Source: Candidatus Stygibacter australis
GTDB lineage: Bacteria > Cloacimonadota > Cloacimonadia > Cloacimonadales > TCS61
Assembly (NCBI GenBank): GCA_030765845.1
Contig: JAVCDJ010000203.1
Span: 83,947-147,946, forward strand
Reading direction: 5' to 3'
DNA length: 64,000 nucleotides
Below the pieces are notes generated by a model, which worked only from the letters and a program-made list of their open reading frames with translations, ran no database searches and had not been told where the DNA came from. Positions 27,664 to 38,261 of the stretch are shown here, piece after piece; the stretch's first letter is position 1; the number at the start of each line of letters is the position of its first letter. The position numbers and the translations under genes were made by a program.

Positions 27664-30600
27664 ATGAATCTGCAGAAGCGAATATATATTTTCCTTCTGT
27701 TATTACCGATATTTCTATTTGGTGGAAAGATCGAATTACAGAAGGCTGTAGCACCAAATCCTACTCGTCAGGATATACATCCTCTCGAGCAGTATTTCAG
27801 CAAATCAATAGACCGCAGGGAACTTTCAGAGCAAAACCGGGTAGTAGATAACCGCTTGCTGGTGATGCTAATAGATTTTGTAGAAGATAGCGATTCCACA
27901 ACAACCGGCAATGGAAAATTTATCTTCTCTGATGATGATTATCCGATTGATCTGGGGAAAGCTCCACATGATCAGGAATATTTTGGATATGTGATGGAAA
28001 GTGTGCGTTACTATTATGAAGCAGCCAGTCTGGGAGCATTTGAACTCGATTATGATGTTTATCCCCAGCATGATTATACTGAAGCCGATACAGTAATTTT
28101 TGCCTATACATTACCGCATGAGATGAGTTATTACAATCCAATCGGAGTAGATACCGCAACCATGATAAGCCGCTTTGAGGAATATTTTAAAGATGTGTTT
28201 GAACGGGTTGATGATGATGATAACGTGGATTTTTCCCAGTATGGTCATTTTATGATAATCCATGCCGGCTCGGATTCTCAGCATGATATTGCCGGTGATT
28301 CCCGCAGTGATATACCATCATTTTTTATCAATGTAGGTGATGGAAAAGAAGCAATAGTTGATGATGGAATAGTGATCGATCATGCCTGCAATGTGCCTGA
28401 GACTATCAGTCAAGATGGACAATACGGTGTGACCACGGCGGTTACTGCCCATGAATTTGGTCATTCACTGGGATTTATAGATCTTTACAGTACATTGACC
28501 GGTTCTCCACAGGTAGGCTGGTTTGATATTATGGATTCCGGTGGTATGGGAGATTTGATAGTAGATGAGATTGATGGTGAACTGATCACTATTGAAGGTG
28601 GCTTACCAACTCTACCCAGTGCTTGGCACAGGATACTTGCCTGGGAAGATTATTTCCGCGAACATGGGATGCTGAAGGATATTGATGAACTTGACTGGAG
28701 TGAACCAATCGGTGTCGATCCGGCAGAGAAATTATTAAGTGGTATCAATTCAGGCAATCCCTATTTCATTAAAATACCACTGACTGATACAGAATATCTA
28801 TTAGTAGAGAACCGTCAGGTTGATCCTGATGGCGATAGTGGACTAAGTTTTAAGGGAGCACTACCACAATCTGATAATCCTAATGATAGAAAATATCGGA
28901 TACTGCTTTATCCCACTTTTCCGGCAGATGACCCTCGCGACTATCCTAACTGGGAATATGATCTTTTCATTCCGGGTTGGCAGAATGAAAATGAAATAGA
29001 TAATAAGATCTATAATTATGGTGGTGGACTGGTTATCTGGCATATAGATGATGAGATCATTTTTGAGACTGGAGATTGGGAAGATGGAGTATTTTATAGC
29101 AATTATGATCAGAACACCGTTAATGCCTTGCATTCAAAGCGTGGTATCAAAATTATAGAAGCAGATGGTTTTGATGATATTGGCAATTATAATGACGGCT
29201 ATAATATCATGGGTTCGGCTTATGATCCATTCTATTTATATAATCCGCTTTTCTCAGAAAATGGAAATTTCCTGGGCTGGGATGATTCAGGTATGGTACC
29301 TGGTTATCAGCCGGTAAATGAAGATAGATTTATTCATACCGTGGAATTCAATGGTTCTTCTTTCCCGCGTCTGGAGACTAATGATGGTGATCCATTTATG
29401 TTTGGATTCCGGGATATCAGTTCATATTCGATTGATGTAGATGTTGAGAGGAGTATGTCATTTAGCTGGGGTAGTCATCTATTTGATGATATTCAGGTTT
29501 TGGCAGAGTATGAAGAGATACAGGGATTATCTAATGTGACAGATGTATTGGGATTGCCATCGCTGGCGATAGTTACTTCAGATAAGATAGAGATGATGAC
29601 CCTGGTGGGAGATAGCTGGGATAATTATCTGGAGGTGCAGATCCCTTTTGAATATCGGCCGGATCAGCCGATCCTTAGTATGGATACTGATGCTGATGCT
29701 GAAGAAGAAATATTGATAGCTTCTGATAGTGTACTGACAATTCTGGATGGGGTAACGATTTCTCAGGAAATATACCCATCTCCACTGAGTGATCTTCCGA
29801 TGTATATCAGGCTGGATGAAGTGATCAATGTTTATCCGCTGACAGATAGATTGATCATTGGTGATGAAGAATTAGACGTGCCGGGAGCAAAAATAAGCTA
29901 TGACCAGCAGCATTTGATAGCTGCCAATCGGGATGGTATCTGGTTCATTGATCCTTTAGAGAAACAGATCATTAATAAATTTGAACTTGGTCACAGCGAT
30001 GTTGATTATTATCCTGTTGTATTGAAAACACTGTCAGGTAATAATGAGTACTGTTTCCAGGCAGTTTCCAATGGTGAGATCTGGAGATTTGCCGGTGATG
30101 AAAAGAAATTAATATTCACAGCCAGTGATTATTGTGACACCGCACCCAGCCAGATATTATTATCACCACTTGAAGAAAATGGCAGGACGTGGCTTGTGTT
30201 TGCGGCAGGTGAATATTTATTTGCTATCACGAATGAAGGGACTCTTATGCAGGGGTATCCTGTTTACCTGGAAGATATAAACATCGAGTCAGGAAGTTGG
30301 CTGCAGGCATTAAAGCTCAATGGAGAATACCTGATCAGGCTGCAACGTGATAATGGCGCAAAATTTGCAGTTAATGGTAACGGAGATTATCGCCTTGATC
30401 TTTCAGCAGCTGCCGCGGGTCAGAAAAATTCTCAATACTGGTATGATGAAATATCACAGGAACTTGTCTGGTTTGGTGGAGATAAAGCATTATGGCAGGG
30501 TAGGAGATTTGAGGTTTCGGAATCACCATTGATCAACCGAGGTTATCGTAATGAAGAATATAATTCATTTACTACAATAGGATACGATCAACCACAGGAA

Positions 30601-30864
30601 GCAGGGACTTTCAGGGGCTATGCCTTTCCCAATCCTGCTAAAAGTGATTATGCAAAAGTCCGTGTATTTTATGCTGAGGCAAAGATCAGTCTTAAGTTGT
30701 ATGATATCGCGGGAAATCTGGTGCTAATTCAGTATGAAGAAAAAGAAGATAATTCCCATCAAGACATTGATCTCGATATAACCGGGATTTCCAGTGGTGT
30801 ATATTATGCCCGTATCAAGAGCGGTAATAAATCATTGACAGTACCATTAGGAATAGAAAAGTGA
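27664..30864 (+). CDS. M6 (immune inhibitor A-like) family secreted metalloprotease with divergent T9SS-type C-terminal domain
   Basis: 1066-aa ORF with a signal peptide. Zinc site VTAHEFGHSLGFIDLY. C-terminus YAFPNPAKSDYAKVRVFY...SGVYYARIKSGNKSLTVPLGIEK. Confidence 0.7.
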   Translation: MNLQKRIYIFLLLLPIFLFGGKIELQKAVAPNPTRQDIHPLEQYFSKSIDRRELSEQNRVVDNRLLVMLIDFVEDSDSTTTGNGKFIFSDDDYPIDLGKAPHDQEYFGYVMESVRYYYEAASLGAFELDYDVYPQHDYTEADTVIFAYTLPHEMSYYNPIGVDTATMISRFEEYFKDVFERVDDDDNVDFSQYGHFMIIHAGSDSQHDIAGDSRSDIPSFFINVGDGKEAIVDDGIVIDHACNVPETISQDGQYGVTTAVTAHEFGHSLGFIDLYSTLTGSPQVGWFDIMDSGGMGDLIVDEIDGELITIEGGLPTLPSAWHRILAWEDYFREHGMLKDIDELDWSEPIGVDPAEKLLSGINSGNPYFIKIPLTDTEYLLVENRQVDPDGDSGLSFKGALPQSDNPNDRKYRILLYPTFPADDPRDYPNWEYDLFIPGWQNENEIDNKIYNYGGGLVIWHIDDEIIFETGDWEDGVFYSNYDQNTVNALHSKRGIKIIEADGFDDIGNYNDGYNIMGSAYDPFYLYNPLFSENGNFLGWDDSGMVPGYQPVNEDRFIHTVEFNGSSFPRLETNDGDPFMFGFRDISSYSIDVDVERSMSFSWGSHLFDDIQVLAEYEEIQGLSNVTDVLGLPSLAIVTSDKIEMMTLVGDSWDNYLEVQIPFEYRPDQPILSMDTDADAEEEILIASDSVLTILDGVTISQEIYPSPLSDLPMYIRLDEVINVYPLTDRLIIGDEELDVPGAKISYDQQHLIAANRDGIWFIDPLEKQIINKFELGHSDVDYYPVVLKTLSGNNEYCFQAVSNGEIWRFAGDEKKLIFTASDYCDTAPSQILLSPLEENGRTWLVFAAGEYLFAITNEGTLMQGYPVYLEDINIESGSWLQALKLNGEYLIRLQRDNGAKFAVNGNGDYRLDLSAAAAGQKNSQYWYDEISQELVWFGGDKALWQGRRFEVSESPLINRGYRNEEYNSFTTIGYDQPQEAGTFRGYAFPNPAKSDYAKVRVFYAEAKISLKLYDIAGNLVLIQYEEKEDNSHQDIDLDITGISSGVYYARIKSGNKSLTVPLGIEK

Positions 30865-30891
30865 AAAATAAGAAATAATGGGGGGTAAATA

Positions 30892-31800
30892 ATGAGAACA
30901 AAAGTGATAATAATTTTATTATCATTACTGATATCAGTAATGATTTTTGGAGAAGAGATCACTAATGATATTTTTCAGGTGGAATACAGTCAAAAGAGTG
31001 CTCAAAAAGCCATGCTGTTTTCAGCAATAGTCCCTGGTGTTGGACAATTTTATGCGAACCCCAACACAATTACAGCTTACATTTTCCCAGTTCTGGAATT
31101 TGGACTCTGGTATGGTTATTTCTATTTTCAAAGTGAAGGTGATGATATCACCGATCAGTATGAAGAATATGCCGATCAGCACTACAGCCGTGAAAATCAA
31201 TGGAGTGCTCAGAGATCTTTGATCGATGACCCCTTAAGTTATAATGGTTTCTATGCTCCAGATGATTATGATCCCAACGATCCAGACGAATTAGGAGAAG
31301 GTGGACATTTCCGCCTTGATCATGAAGATACTCAGCATTTTTATGAAGACATCGGGAAATATGATAAATATATCTTTGGCTGGGAAGACTGGACAGATAT
31401 ATATGCAACTATTGACGGCACATTTTGGACAAACCCTCAGTGGATCATTGAAAATAATGAGTATGGTCAAGGGATGTGGGTTGGAAATGACGTTCAGTAT
31501 GAAGATTCTGATTATTACCTTGGACCCGAAAGTTTATATGGTAGTAAACGCGGAATATATAGCGGTATGAGGCAACATTACATAGATATGCGCTGGGAAG
31601 CAGAAGAAAATTATGATAAAAAAAGATACTGCTCTTTTGGTTTGATCTTTAACCATCTGCTGGCAACTATTGATGCTGTGAGAGTTACGCGTAAGTATAA
31701 TATTGAGCACCTTACTTCGAATCCTGTTGATTTAAAATTTGCTCCTTCTTATGCTGACGGAACAGTTACTCCCAGATTGCTGCTGAGTTATCATTTCTAA
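30892..31800 (+). CDS. DUF5683-like membrane protein, paralog 1
   Basis: 302 aa. Signal/TM, then KSAQKAMLFSAIVPGVGQFYANP, an acidic Trp/Tyr-rich middle, and C-terminal FNHLLATIDAVRV. Confidence 0.6.
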   Translation: MRTKVIIILLSLLISVMIFGEEITNDIFQVEYSQKSAQKAMLFSAIVPGVGQFYANPNTITAYIFPVLEFGLWYGYFYFQSEGDDITDQYEEYADQHYSRENQWSAQRSLIDDPLSYNGFYAPDDYDPNDPDELGEGGHFRLDHEDTQHFYEDIGKYDKYIFGWEDWTDIYATIDGTFWTNPQWIIENNEYGQGMWVGNDVQYEDSDYYLGPESLYGSKRGIYSGMRQHYIDMRWEAEENYDKKRYCSFGLIFNHLLATIDAVRVTRKYNIEHLTSNPVDLKFAPSYADGTVTPRLLLSYHF

Positions 31801-31814
31801 AAAAAAGGATACTT

Positions 31815-32492
31815 ATGAAAAGATACATAATAATACTGTTGTTATTAGCTTTGACAACTTTCCATCTGTTAGGTGAAGAAAATAAATCTGCCGTCAAAGC
31901 CATGCTGTTTTCGGCCCTTGTGCCAGGAAGCGGTCAAGCATATCTGGGCTCTTATACCAAGGCGGGGATTTTTATATCATCAGAAATTCTGCTAATTGGA
32001 ACTGCATTAAGGTTAGATAGTGAAGTTGACTGGGCAATTGATACATATCAGCAGTATGCCTACTCCATGGTAGACATTCCCATTGGCAGTGATAAAGAGA
32101 TTTACCAGAATATCCAGAATTACATTTCAAGTGATGAATATAATGCCGATATGTCCCATGATGCCTGGCGTTATTTTGTTCTGGGTTACAACGATCTACA
32201 AGCTTATTATACCTATGTGGAAGCAAACCAGATCACTGGGGATCAATCCTGGGACTGGGGTGATGATAAAACCTGGAAAAATTATAAATCATATAGAATT
32301 GATAAACAAAATCTGGAAATGTACAGCAATCTGGCTGTAGCCGCAGTAGTTCTCAATCACCTGGTGGGAATAATCGATACTGCCTTAACGAGCAAAAGGA
32401 TGAAAAAGAATTCCCAGAGAGTGGGAAATTTGTATATTAACCCGGATTTAGAAAAGAAAGGGATAATCGTAGGCTATGAATATAAATTTTAA
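31815..32492 (+). CDS. DUF5683-like membrane protein, paralog 2
   Basis: 225 aa. KSAVKAMLFSALVPGSGQAYLGSY ... LNHLVGIIDTALTS. Confidence 0.6.
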   Translation: MKRYIIILLLLALTTFHLLGEENKSAVKAMLFSALVPGSGQAYLGSYTKAGIFISSEILLIGTALRLDSEVDWAIDTYQQYAYSMVDIPIGSDKEIYQNIQNYISSDEYNADMSHDAWRYFVLGYNDLQAYYTYVEANQITGDQSWDWGDDKTWKNYKSYRIDKQNLEMYSNLAVAAVVLNHLVGIIDTALTSKRMKKNSQRVGNLYINPDLEKKGIIVGYEYKF

Positions 32493-33150
32493 AATAATAA
32501 TTGTAGTAATATTGATTTTTATATCAGTATCTATTCAGGCAGATGGCACTATCAATCCGGGAGTAAATTTCCTTAAATCAGCAGTTGTGCCTGGCTGGGG
32601 TCAATTATCACTGGATAAAAATTATGGATATGGCTTTTTGCTGGCAGAGGCATCATTCTGGACAATGCGGTTTTATTATCTTCAGGAAACTGATAATAAT
32701 GCCCAGGCATCATATAATTATGCCCGGCAATTTGCCGATGTTGATCCTCAAGGACATTTCCCTAATCAGTTCTATGAGGACATGAGAAATTATTCAAGTT
32801 CCGGTTATAATACTGGCGGATATAATGCCCATATAGTAGCTGATGCGGTTGATCAATACCCTGATGATCCTTTGGCTCAGCAGGCATATATAGAAGCAAA
32901 TGTATATGATGAAGCCCACTACTGGAACTGGAGTTCTGATTACAATCAAAGCGAATACAGCGATTATCGGCGTAATATTGATCTGTATAAAGATTATTTG
33001 AAATTGGTGGGTGGAGTAATCGCTGCGAATCATATTATTGGGGCGATTGATGCTCTACGGCTTTCCAATCATCTCAAGCATGTGAGATTTGGAGTAGATA
33101 CAAATTCAGATCATGTGCCGCTTCTTACCTGCACAGTAAAATTTAAGTAG
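32476..33150 (+). CDS. DUF5683-like membrane protein, paralog 3
   Basis: 224 aa. FLKSAVVPGWGQLSLDKNYGYGF ... ANHIIGAIDALRLS. Overlaps paralog 2 by 17 nt. Confidence 0.6.
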   Translation: MNINFKIIIVVILIFISVSIQADGTINPGVNFLKSAVVPGWGQLSLDKNYGYGFLLAEASFWTMRFYYLQETDNNAQASYNYARQFADVDPQGHFPNQFYEDMRNYSSSGYNTGGYNAHIVADAVDQYPDDPLAQQAYIEANVYDEAHYWNWSSDYNQSEYSDYRRNIDLYKDYLKLVGGVIAANHIIGAIDALRLSNHLKHVRFGVDTNSDHVPLLTCTVKFK

Positions 33151-33168
33151 TTCAGGAATATGTAATTA

Positions 33169-34689
33169 ATGATCACAATTGATGGAAATAGTCTTAGTCT
33201 GGAAGACGTTTACCAGGTAGCCTGCAATTTTGAGAAAGTGCAACTCGCTGATGAAGCACTGTTAAAAGTTATCAAATGCAGAAAATATGTGGAAGATGTG
33301 ATTGATAAAGGCAGAATAGTCTATGGATTGACCACTGGATTTGGTAAATTTGCCACGATTACAATATCCAAAGAAGATACCAGTCAATTACAGGAAAACC
33401 TGATCCGCTCGCATGCAACAGGATTGGGATCAAACCTCTCTCAAGCGGAAACCCGTGCTATCACACTTTTAAGGCTTAATGTTCTGGCTAAAGGCAATTC
33501 CGGTATCAGAATAGAGACCTTAAATCTATTGTTTGAATTGTTGAATAGAGGTATTCATCCATTAATTCCTGAAAAAGGTTCTGTAGGTGCAAGTGGAGAT
33601 CTCGCTCCCCTATCACATCTGGCATTAGTTCTAATCGGAGAAGGCTGGGCTGAATATAAAAACGAGATTATGACCGGTGCGGAAGCCTTGGAGAAAGCAG
33701 GATTACAACCCGTGAAGCTTCAGGCAAAAGAAGGTCTGGCACTTAATAATGGCACTCAGGTAATGACTGGGATAATGGCATTAAATCTACTGATGGCAGA
33801 GAATATGTGCCGAATAGCCGATGTGAGTGCCGCAGCAAGTATTGATGCCCAGTTAGGCTCACCCACAGCATTTGATCCGGATATTCATCTCCTTCGTCCT
33901 CATCCGGGGCAGATAATTTCTGCTGCTAATCTTTATAAATTATTAGAAAATTCTTCTCTGCGTGATACGCATATAAACTGTGAACATGTTCAGGATGCCT
34001 ATAGCCTTCGCTGTACTCCGCAGGTTCATGGTGGTATCCGCGCAAATCTTGCTTATGTACGCTCTGTGCTGGAAGTGGAGATAAATTCTGCTACGGATAA
34101 TCCTTTGATCTTTCCTGATCAGGATAAAGTTATCTCAGGAGGAAATTTTCATGGTGAACCGGTAGCAATTGCTGCTGATAGCTTTGGGATAGCAGTTGCG
34201 GAATTGGCCAACCTGTCTGAGCGAAGGGTAGAGCGAATTATGAATCCAGCACTCAGTCGTGGATTAAAACCCTTTCTGGCTCATAAACCGGGTATTGATT
34301 CCGGTTTCATGATCGTCCAGTATTCTGCTGCGGCATTAGTTTCTGAAAACAAAGTTCTTGCTCATCCAGCCTCTGTGGATTCAATTCCCACTTCAGCGAA
34401 TCAGGAAGATCATGTAAGTATGGGTACTATCGGTGCAGTGAAAGCCCGAACAATTATTCAGAATACTGCCTGGGTACTGGGTATTGAACTGATGATAGCA
34501 GTTCAGGCATTAGAAGACCGTGAAGTAAAAAGTTCAACACAGCTTGAACTGGTAAAAAACTACATTCGCACCAAGGTCGATAGACTCGAAGGTGACCGTT
34601 ATATTAAAGATGATATTGATACCATGCAAAAGATAATATTGAATAATGAATTAATTAACTTCCTCAACGATAACCTTGAATTAAATTAA
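33169..34689 (+). CDS. hutH: Histidine ammonia-lyase (HAL/PAL family, MIO cofactor)
   Basis: 506 aa. Ala-Ser-Gly MIO triad in SVGASGDLAPLSHLAL. NGTQ and FHGEP motifs. Confidence 0.88.
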   Translation: MITIDGNSLSLEDVYQVACNFEKVQLADEALLKVIKCRKYVEDVIDKGRIVYGLTTGFGKFATITISKEDTSQLQENLIRSHATGLGSNLSQAETRAITLLRLNVLAKGNSGIRIETLNLLFELLNRGIHPLIPEKGSVGASGDLAPLSHLALVLIGEGWAEYKNEIMTGAEALEKAGLQPVKLQAKEGLALNNGTQVMTGIMALNLLMAENMCRIADVSAAASIDAQLGSPTAFDPDIHLLRPHPGQIISAANLYKLLENSSLRDTHINCEHVQDAYSLRCTPQVHGGIRANLAYVRSVLEVEINSATDNPLIFPDQDKVISGGNFHGEPVAIAADSFGIAVAELANLSERRVERIMNPALSRGLKPFLAHKPGIDSGFMIVQYSAAALVSENKVLAHPASVDSIPTSANQEDHVSMGTIGAVKARTIIQNTAWVLGIELMIAVQALEDREVKSSTQLELVKNYIRTKVDRLEGDRYIKDDIDTMQKIILNNELINFLNDNLELN

Positions 34690-34690
34690 T

Positions 34691-36775
34691 ATGAAAAAAC
34701 TAATACTGGCAATATTCGTGATACTCCTGCTTACCGGATGTGTATATTACAACACTTTTTTCAATGCCGAGCAGTATTTCAAATCTGCCCAGAATGAATC
34801 TCTTTCAGCAGATGGCAAACCTTCCCGTAATGCTGTGCAGAATTATAATAAAGCAATGAAGAAGTGTGGCATTATTCTTACTGATTATAAGGACACCAAA
34901 TGGTCTGATGATGCCCTTTTTATGCTCGCTCAATGCCTTTATTACAAGCAAAAAAACTATTTGCAGGCAAAGCAGAAATTTGAAGAGGTTATCCAGTTCT
35001 ATCCTGACACCGAATTTGCCCAGCGCTCTCATATTTATATTGCCCGTTGTGAATGGGAACTCGATAAAGATACTGCTTATAAAAAACTGCGGGATTTCCT
35101 GGTTACCGGTACTTCAAAAAAATTCCTTGTGGAAGCTACTAATCTCCTGGCTGAATATTATCTGGAAGATGAAGTATATTCTCAGGCGGAATTTTATTAC
35201 AAAAAGATCATTGATAATTACCCCAAAAGTGATATTTATGAAGATGCTTTTTTCTCTTTGGGGTTATTGTACCATAAAAATAAACATTATGAACTCTCCA
35301 GTGAGATTTTCAATGATTTTCTGAAGATCCGGACTGACAAAAAGAACAAGCTTAATGCCCGTTACTATATAACTTATAATAGTTTATTGCAGGAAGAATA
35401 TGAACCTGTTTTGACTCAAGTGACATCCCTGATGAAACAGGAATACCGTGATCAGGAGATTTCAGCATTATTGATCTTAAAAGCCAGAGCTTTGGCGCAA
35501 CTGGGTGATACTGATCAGGCAGATATAATCTTTGAGCAGGTGATCAATGAAAATGATAAGACTTATCTCTCTGCTGAAGCTTCTTACTGGCGAGGAGAGA
35601 TGCATTTCAGGATTCTCAATAATTATGAGCTTGCCATTGAGTATTTCAATAATGTCCGCACCCAGAAAGCAGATTCTCCCTTTTTGGAAAATGCTGTCAG
35701 TCATAGTGCAGTTGCCAGCCAGATCGTGCAGTATAACACCTCACGTGATAATATTGAATTGCAGCAATTGGTCTCTGAGCAGATGAAACTGGCAGAATAT
35801 TATCTAGAAGTACTTCAGCTGCCTGATTCGGCTATGGTGGTTTATGATAATATTATCAATTACCGTGACACCATGGCAGTGAGACTTGATTCCCTCAGAT
35901 ATCAGCTTAATTATCTTGATACATTAACCGTAGTGGACAGCATTGAGCAGGTAGTAGATTCATTATCTGTTCCCGCTGACACTCTGATCATACCCACTGA
36001 TTCTCTCACTATTGTCCTGGAAGACAGCACTGCTACAGAAGAGACTATACCTGAAATTATACTACCCACCAGACGCGATACTCTCCAGCAGGAAATTACT
36101 GTTCTGCAATCTGATATTGAACTTTATGACCATGAATTTATCCCTTATGTGAAATTTGTTAAATTGTGGCTTTTGAAAAATACTTATCAGGACAGTAGCA
36201 GAACAGAGCAGTTTTATCAGGAATTCGTAAGTGACTATCCGGATAATAAATATTCTTATGGTGCGGAATCGCTGATGCAGGGCAAGGAAGTGGAATTTAT
36301 CACTTATGCCGCAAAAAGACAGCGTGATGATCTTAATTATGCCATATCAATTTTAGACCAGAAACCCGATTCTGCTCAGGTCGTTCTGCAGCAGATCGCT
36401 GTTGATACCACTTCTCAATTCTATCCTGATGCTATCTTCACACTCGGGTATATGGAATATTTTATTTATCAGGATACAACGGCTGCCCGTCCCTATTTTG
36501 AAGAAGTATTAAGCTGGGATAATCAAAACGAAAGAAAAGAAACTGTGAATTCATTATATTTTGATGGAAAATTTCTCCAGCTGGATAGATTACCTGCGCT
36601 GGTGGAAATGGAACAGAGACTGGCAGAAGAAGCAGAACAGCTTGAAGCAGAAGCAGCAGCACAAGACAGCACTGATGATGAAATGATCATAGAACTGGAA
36701 GAGCTGGATAAAACTAAATCAAATGCTATGCCAGGACCTGCTCCAGAGCGGAGTTTGCGTCCCAAAAAGCCATGA
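34691..36775 (+). CDS. TPR-repeat lipoprotein
   Basis: 694 aa. Lipobox LLLTGC. Multiple TPR-like helices. Acidic, low-complexity C-terminal tail. Confidence 0.65.
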   Translation: MKKLILAIFVILLLTGCVYYNTFFNAEQYFKSAQNESLSADGKPSRNAVQNYNKAMKKCGIILTDYKDTKWSDDALFMLAQCLYYKQKNYLQAKQKFEEVIQFYPDTEFAQRSHIYIARCEWELDKDTAYKKLRDFLVTGTSKKFLVEATNLLAEYYLEDEVYSQAEFYYKKIIDNYPKSDIYEDAFFSLGLLYHKNKHYELSSEIFNDFLKIRTDKKNKLNARYYITYNSLLQEEYEPVLTQVTSLMKQEYRDQEISALLILKARALAQLGDTDQADIIFEQVINENDKTYLSAEASYWRGEMHFRILNNYELAIEYFNNVRTQKADSPFLENAVSHSAVASQIVQYNTSRDNIELQQLVSEQMKLAEYYLEVLQLPDSAMVVYDNIINYRDTMAVRLDSLRYQLNYLDTLTVVDSIEQVVDSLSVPADTLIIPTDSLTIVLEDSTATEETIPEIILPTRRDTLQQEITVLQSDIELYDHEFIPYVKFVKLWLLKNTYQDSSRTEQFYQEFVSDYPDNKYSYGAESLMQGKEVEFITYAAKRQRDDLNYAISILDQKPDSAQVVLQQIAVDTTSQFYPDAIFTLGYMEYFIYQDTTAARPYFEEVLSWDNQNERKETVNSLYFDGKFLQLDRLPALVEMEQRLAEEAEQLEAEAAAQDSTDDEMIIELEELDKTKSNAMPGPAPERSLRPKKP

Positions 36776-37383
36776 TCCTGGCTAAAGATATATTATTTAA
36801 ACAACACCCCCTCTTCAAATGGTTTTTTTGCCTGACATTATCCTTATTCATTGTAATTGCTACCTCGATTAAACTACTCTTATTATTTGCTGTAGTACTG
36901 CTTTATTTGCTGCTCTATCCTGAAATTTATAAATTCTGGCTCAATGCTCTGATGCGGATATTACCCCTGATAATTGCTATCCTCATCTTTTCACTGCTTA
37001 GTAGAAATGATTTTTATAATGATCTGCTGCTTATCGCCAGAATTGCTTTTCTGCTCCTCATATCAGTTTTTTTGATTAAAACTTCCTCTCTCACTGAGCT
37101 TTTCGCGTTTCTACCGGAAAAAATGAATCCCTTCAAAGAATTCCTTACTGCTACCCTGCTTTTTATCCCGATTTTCTTTGAAAGTTTCGCTCAGGCTAAA
37201 AAGCAGTCAAATAACCTTTCAAAGATCATCACGATCTGCCTGGAATTTACCCATAACCACATTGAAAACATCAGGCAGCAAATAGAAAATCCTGATAATC
37301 ATATAAAATTGCAATATTCCTGGGCTGCAGATATTACGGGAACGGTGATGCTCATGATCACTGGTTTCATCTGCTTTTATTAA
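36772..37383 (+). CDS. Polytopic membrane protein, function unknown
   Basis: 203 aa with 4-5 hydrophobic helices. ATGA start/stop overlap with the upstream gene. Confidence 0.55.
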   Translation: MILAKDILFKQHPLFKWFFCLTLSLFIVIATSIKLLLLFAVVLLYLLLYPEIYKFWLNALMRILPLIIAILIFSLLSRNDFYNDLLLIARIAFLLLISVFLIKTSSLTELFAFLPEKMNPFKEFLTATLLFIPIFFESFAQAKKQSNNLSKIITICLEFTHNHIENIRQQIENPDNHIKLQYSWAADITGTVMLMITGFICFY

Positions 37384-37395
37384 AAAGGACGCCAG

Positions 37396-38142
37396 ATGTC
37401 ACGTTATCTTATTTGTCTTAGTTATGATGGTACTGATTTCCATGGCTGGCAAATCCAGTCTCAAGGCAGAACTGTTCAAGCCTCTCTGGAAAATATACTC
37501 TCAGAAATTGCTGGAAGCCATATAGCTGTTACCGGCTCCGGCAGAACGGATGCCAGAGTGCATGCCCAAAACCAGTATGCACACTTTGATCTGGATACCA
37601 GAATGAATACAAATCAGATCGTTGCTGCATTAAACAGCAGAGTCCCTGCCGATATCAAAATACAAAACTGCCAGCAGGTTCCAGATGATTTCAGTGCCCG
37701 ATATAATGCCACTTCACGCACCTATCAATATCATATTGCCCTGGATTATTCACCATTTCAGAGACATTTTTCCGTAAATTTTCCCCGCTTCAATTTCACC
37801 CAGGAGTCTATTTCAAACTGCCTGCCCAAATTTCTCAGTGAACATGATTTCACTGCCTTTGCCAAACATAATCCTGACCTGAATCATCATCGCTGCACCA
37901 TCAAAGCATTTGAAATCCACAAAAAAGAATCCCAGCTTATCCTCACCATCCAGGCAAACCGCTTTTTACATAATATGGTGCGCCGAATAGTAGGTACCTG
38001 CCTGAGAATCTCCCACACAAAATCAGATCCCGCTATAATCACAAAACTAATAAATGACTGTGACCCCACAAATAACCTGATCTACACCGCCCCCCCGCAA
38101 GGCTTATTCCTCACTCATGTAGAATATCCACCCTCTAAGTAA
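37396..38142 (+). CDS. truA: tRNA pseudouridine(38-40) synthase TruA
   Basis: 248 aa. LSYDGTDFHGWQIQ and the catalytic GSGRTDARVHA motif. Confidence 0.9.
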   Translation: MSRYLICLSYDGTDFHGWQIQSQGRTVQASLENILSEIAGSHIAVTGSGRTDARVHAQNQYAHFDLDTRMNTNQIVAALNSRVPADIKIQNCQQVPDDFSARYNATSRTYQYHIALDYSPFQRHFSVNFPRFNFTQESISNCLPKFLSEHDFTAFAKHNPDLNHHRCTIKAFEIHKKESQLILTIQANRFLHNMVRRIVGTCLRISHTKSDPAIITKLINDCDPTNNLIYTAPPQGLFLTHVEYPPSK

Positions 38143-38214
38143 GGGCTCTGATTTAGTCTCTTTTTATTTCCTCGTAGAGGATATCTATTTGTAGTATAGT
38201 TAATAACACGATCT

Positions 38215-38261
38215 CCCACCTTTTCCTATCAACGGCGTAGCCGTTGATAGGAAAAGGTGGG
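38215..38261. repeat. 47-bp perfect palindrome (22-bp arms, 3-nt centre) inside a ~110-bp imperfect palindrome
   Basis: CCCACCTTTTCCTATCAACGGC-gta-GCCGTTGATAGGAAAAGGTGGG. The flanks ATTTGTAGTA (38187-38196) and TACTACAAAT (38283-38292) extend the symmetry. Possible truA terminator or a REP/MITE-like element. Confidence 0.8.
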
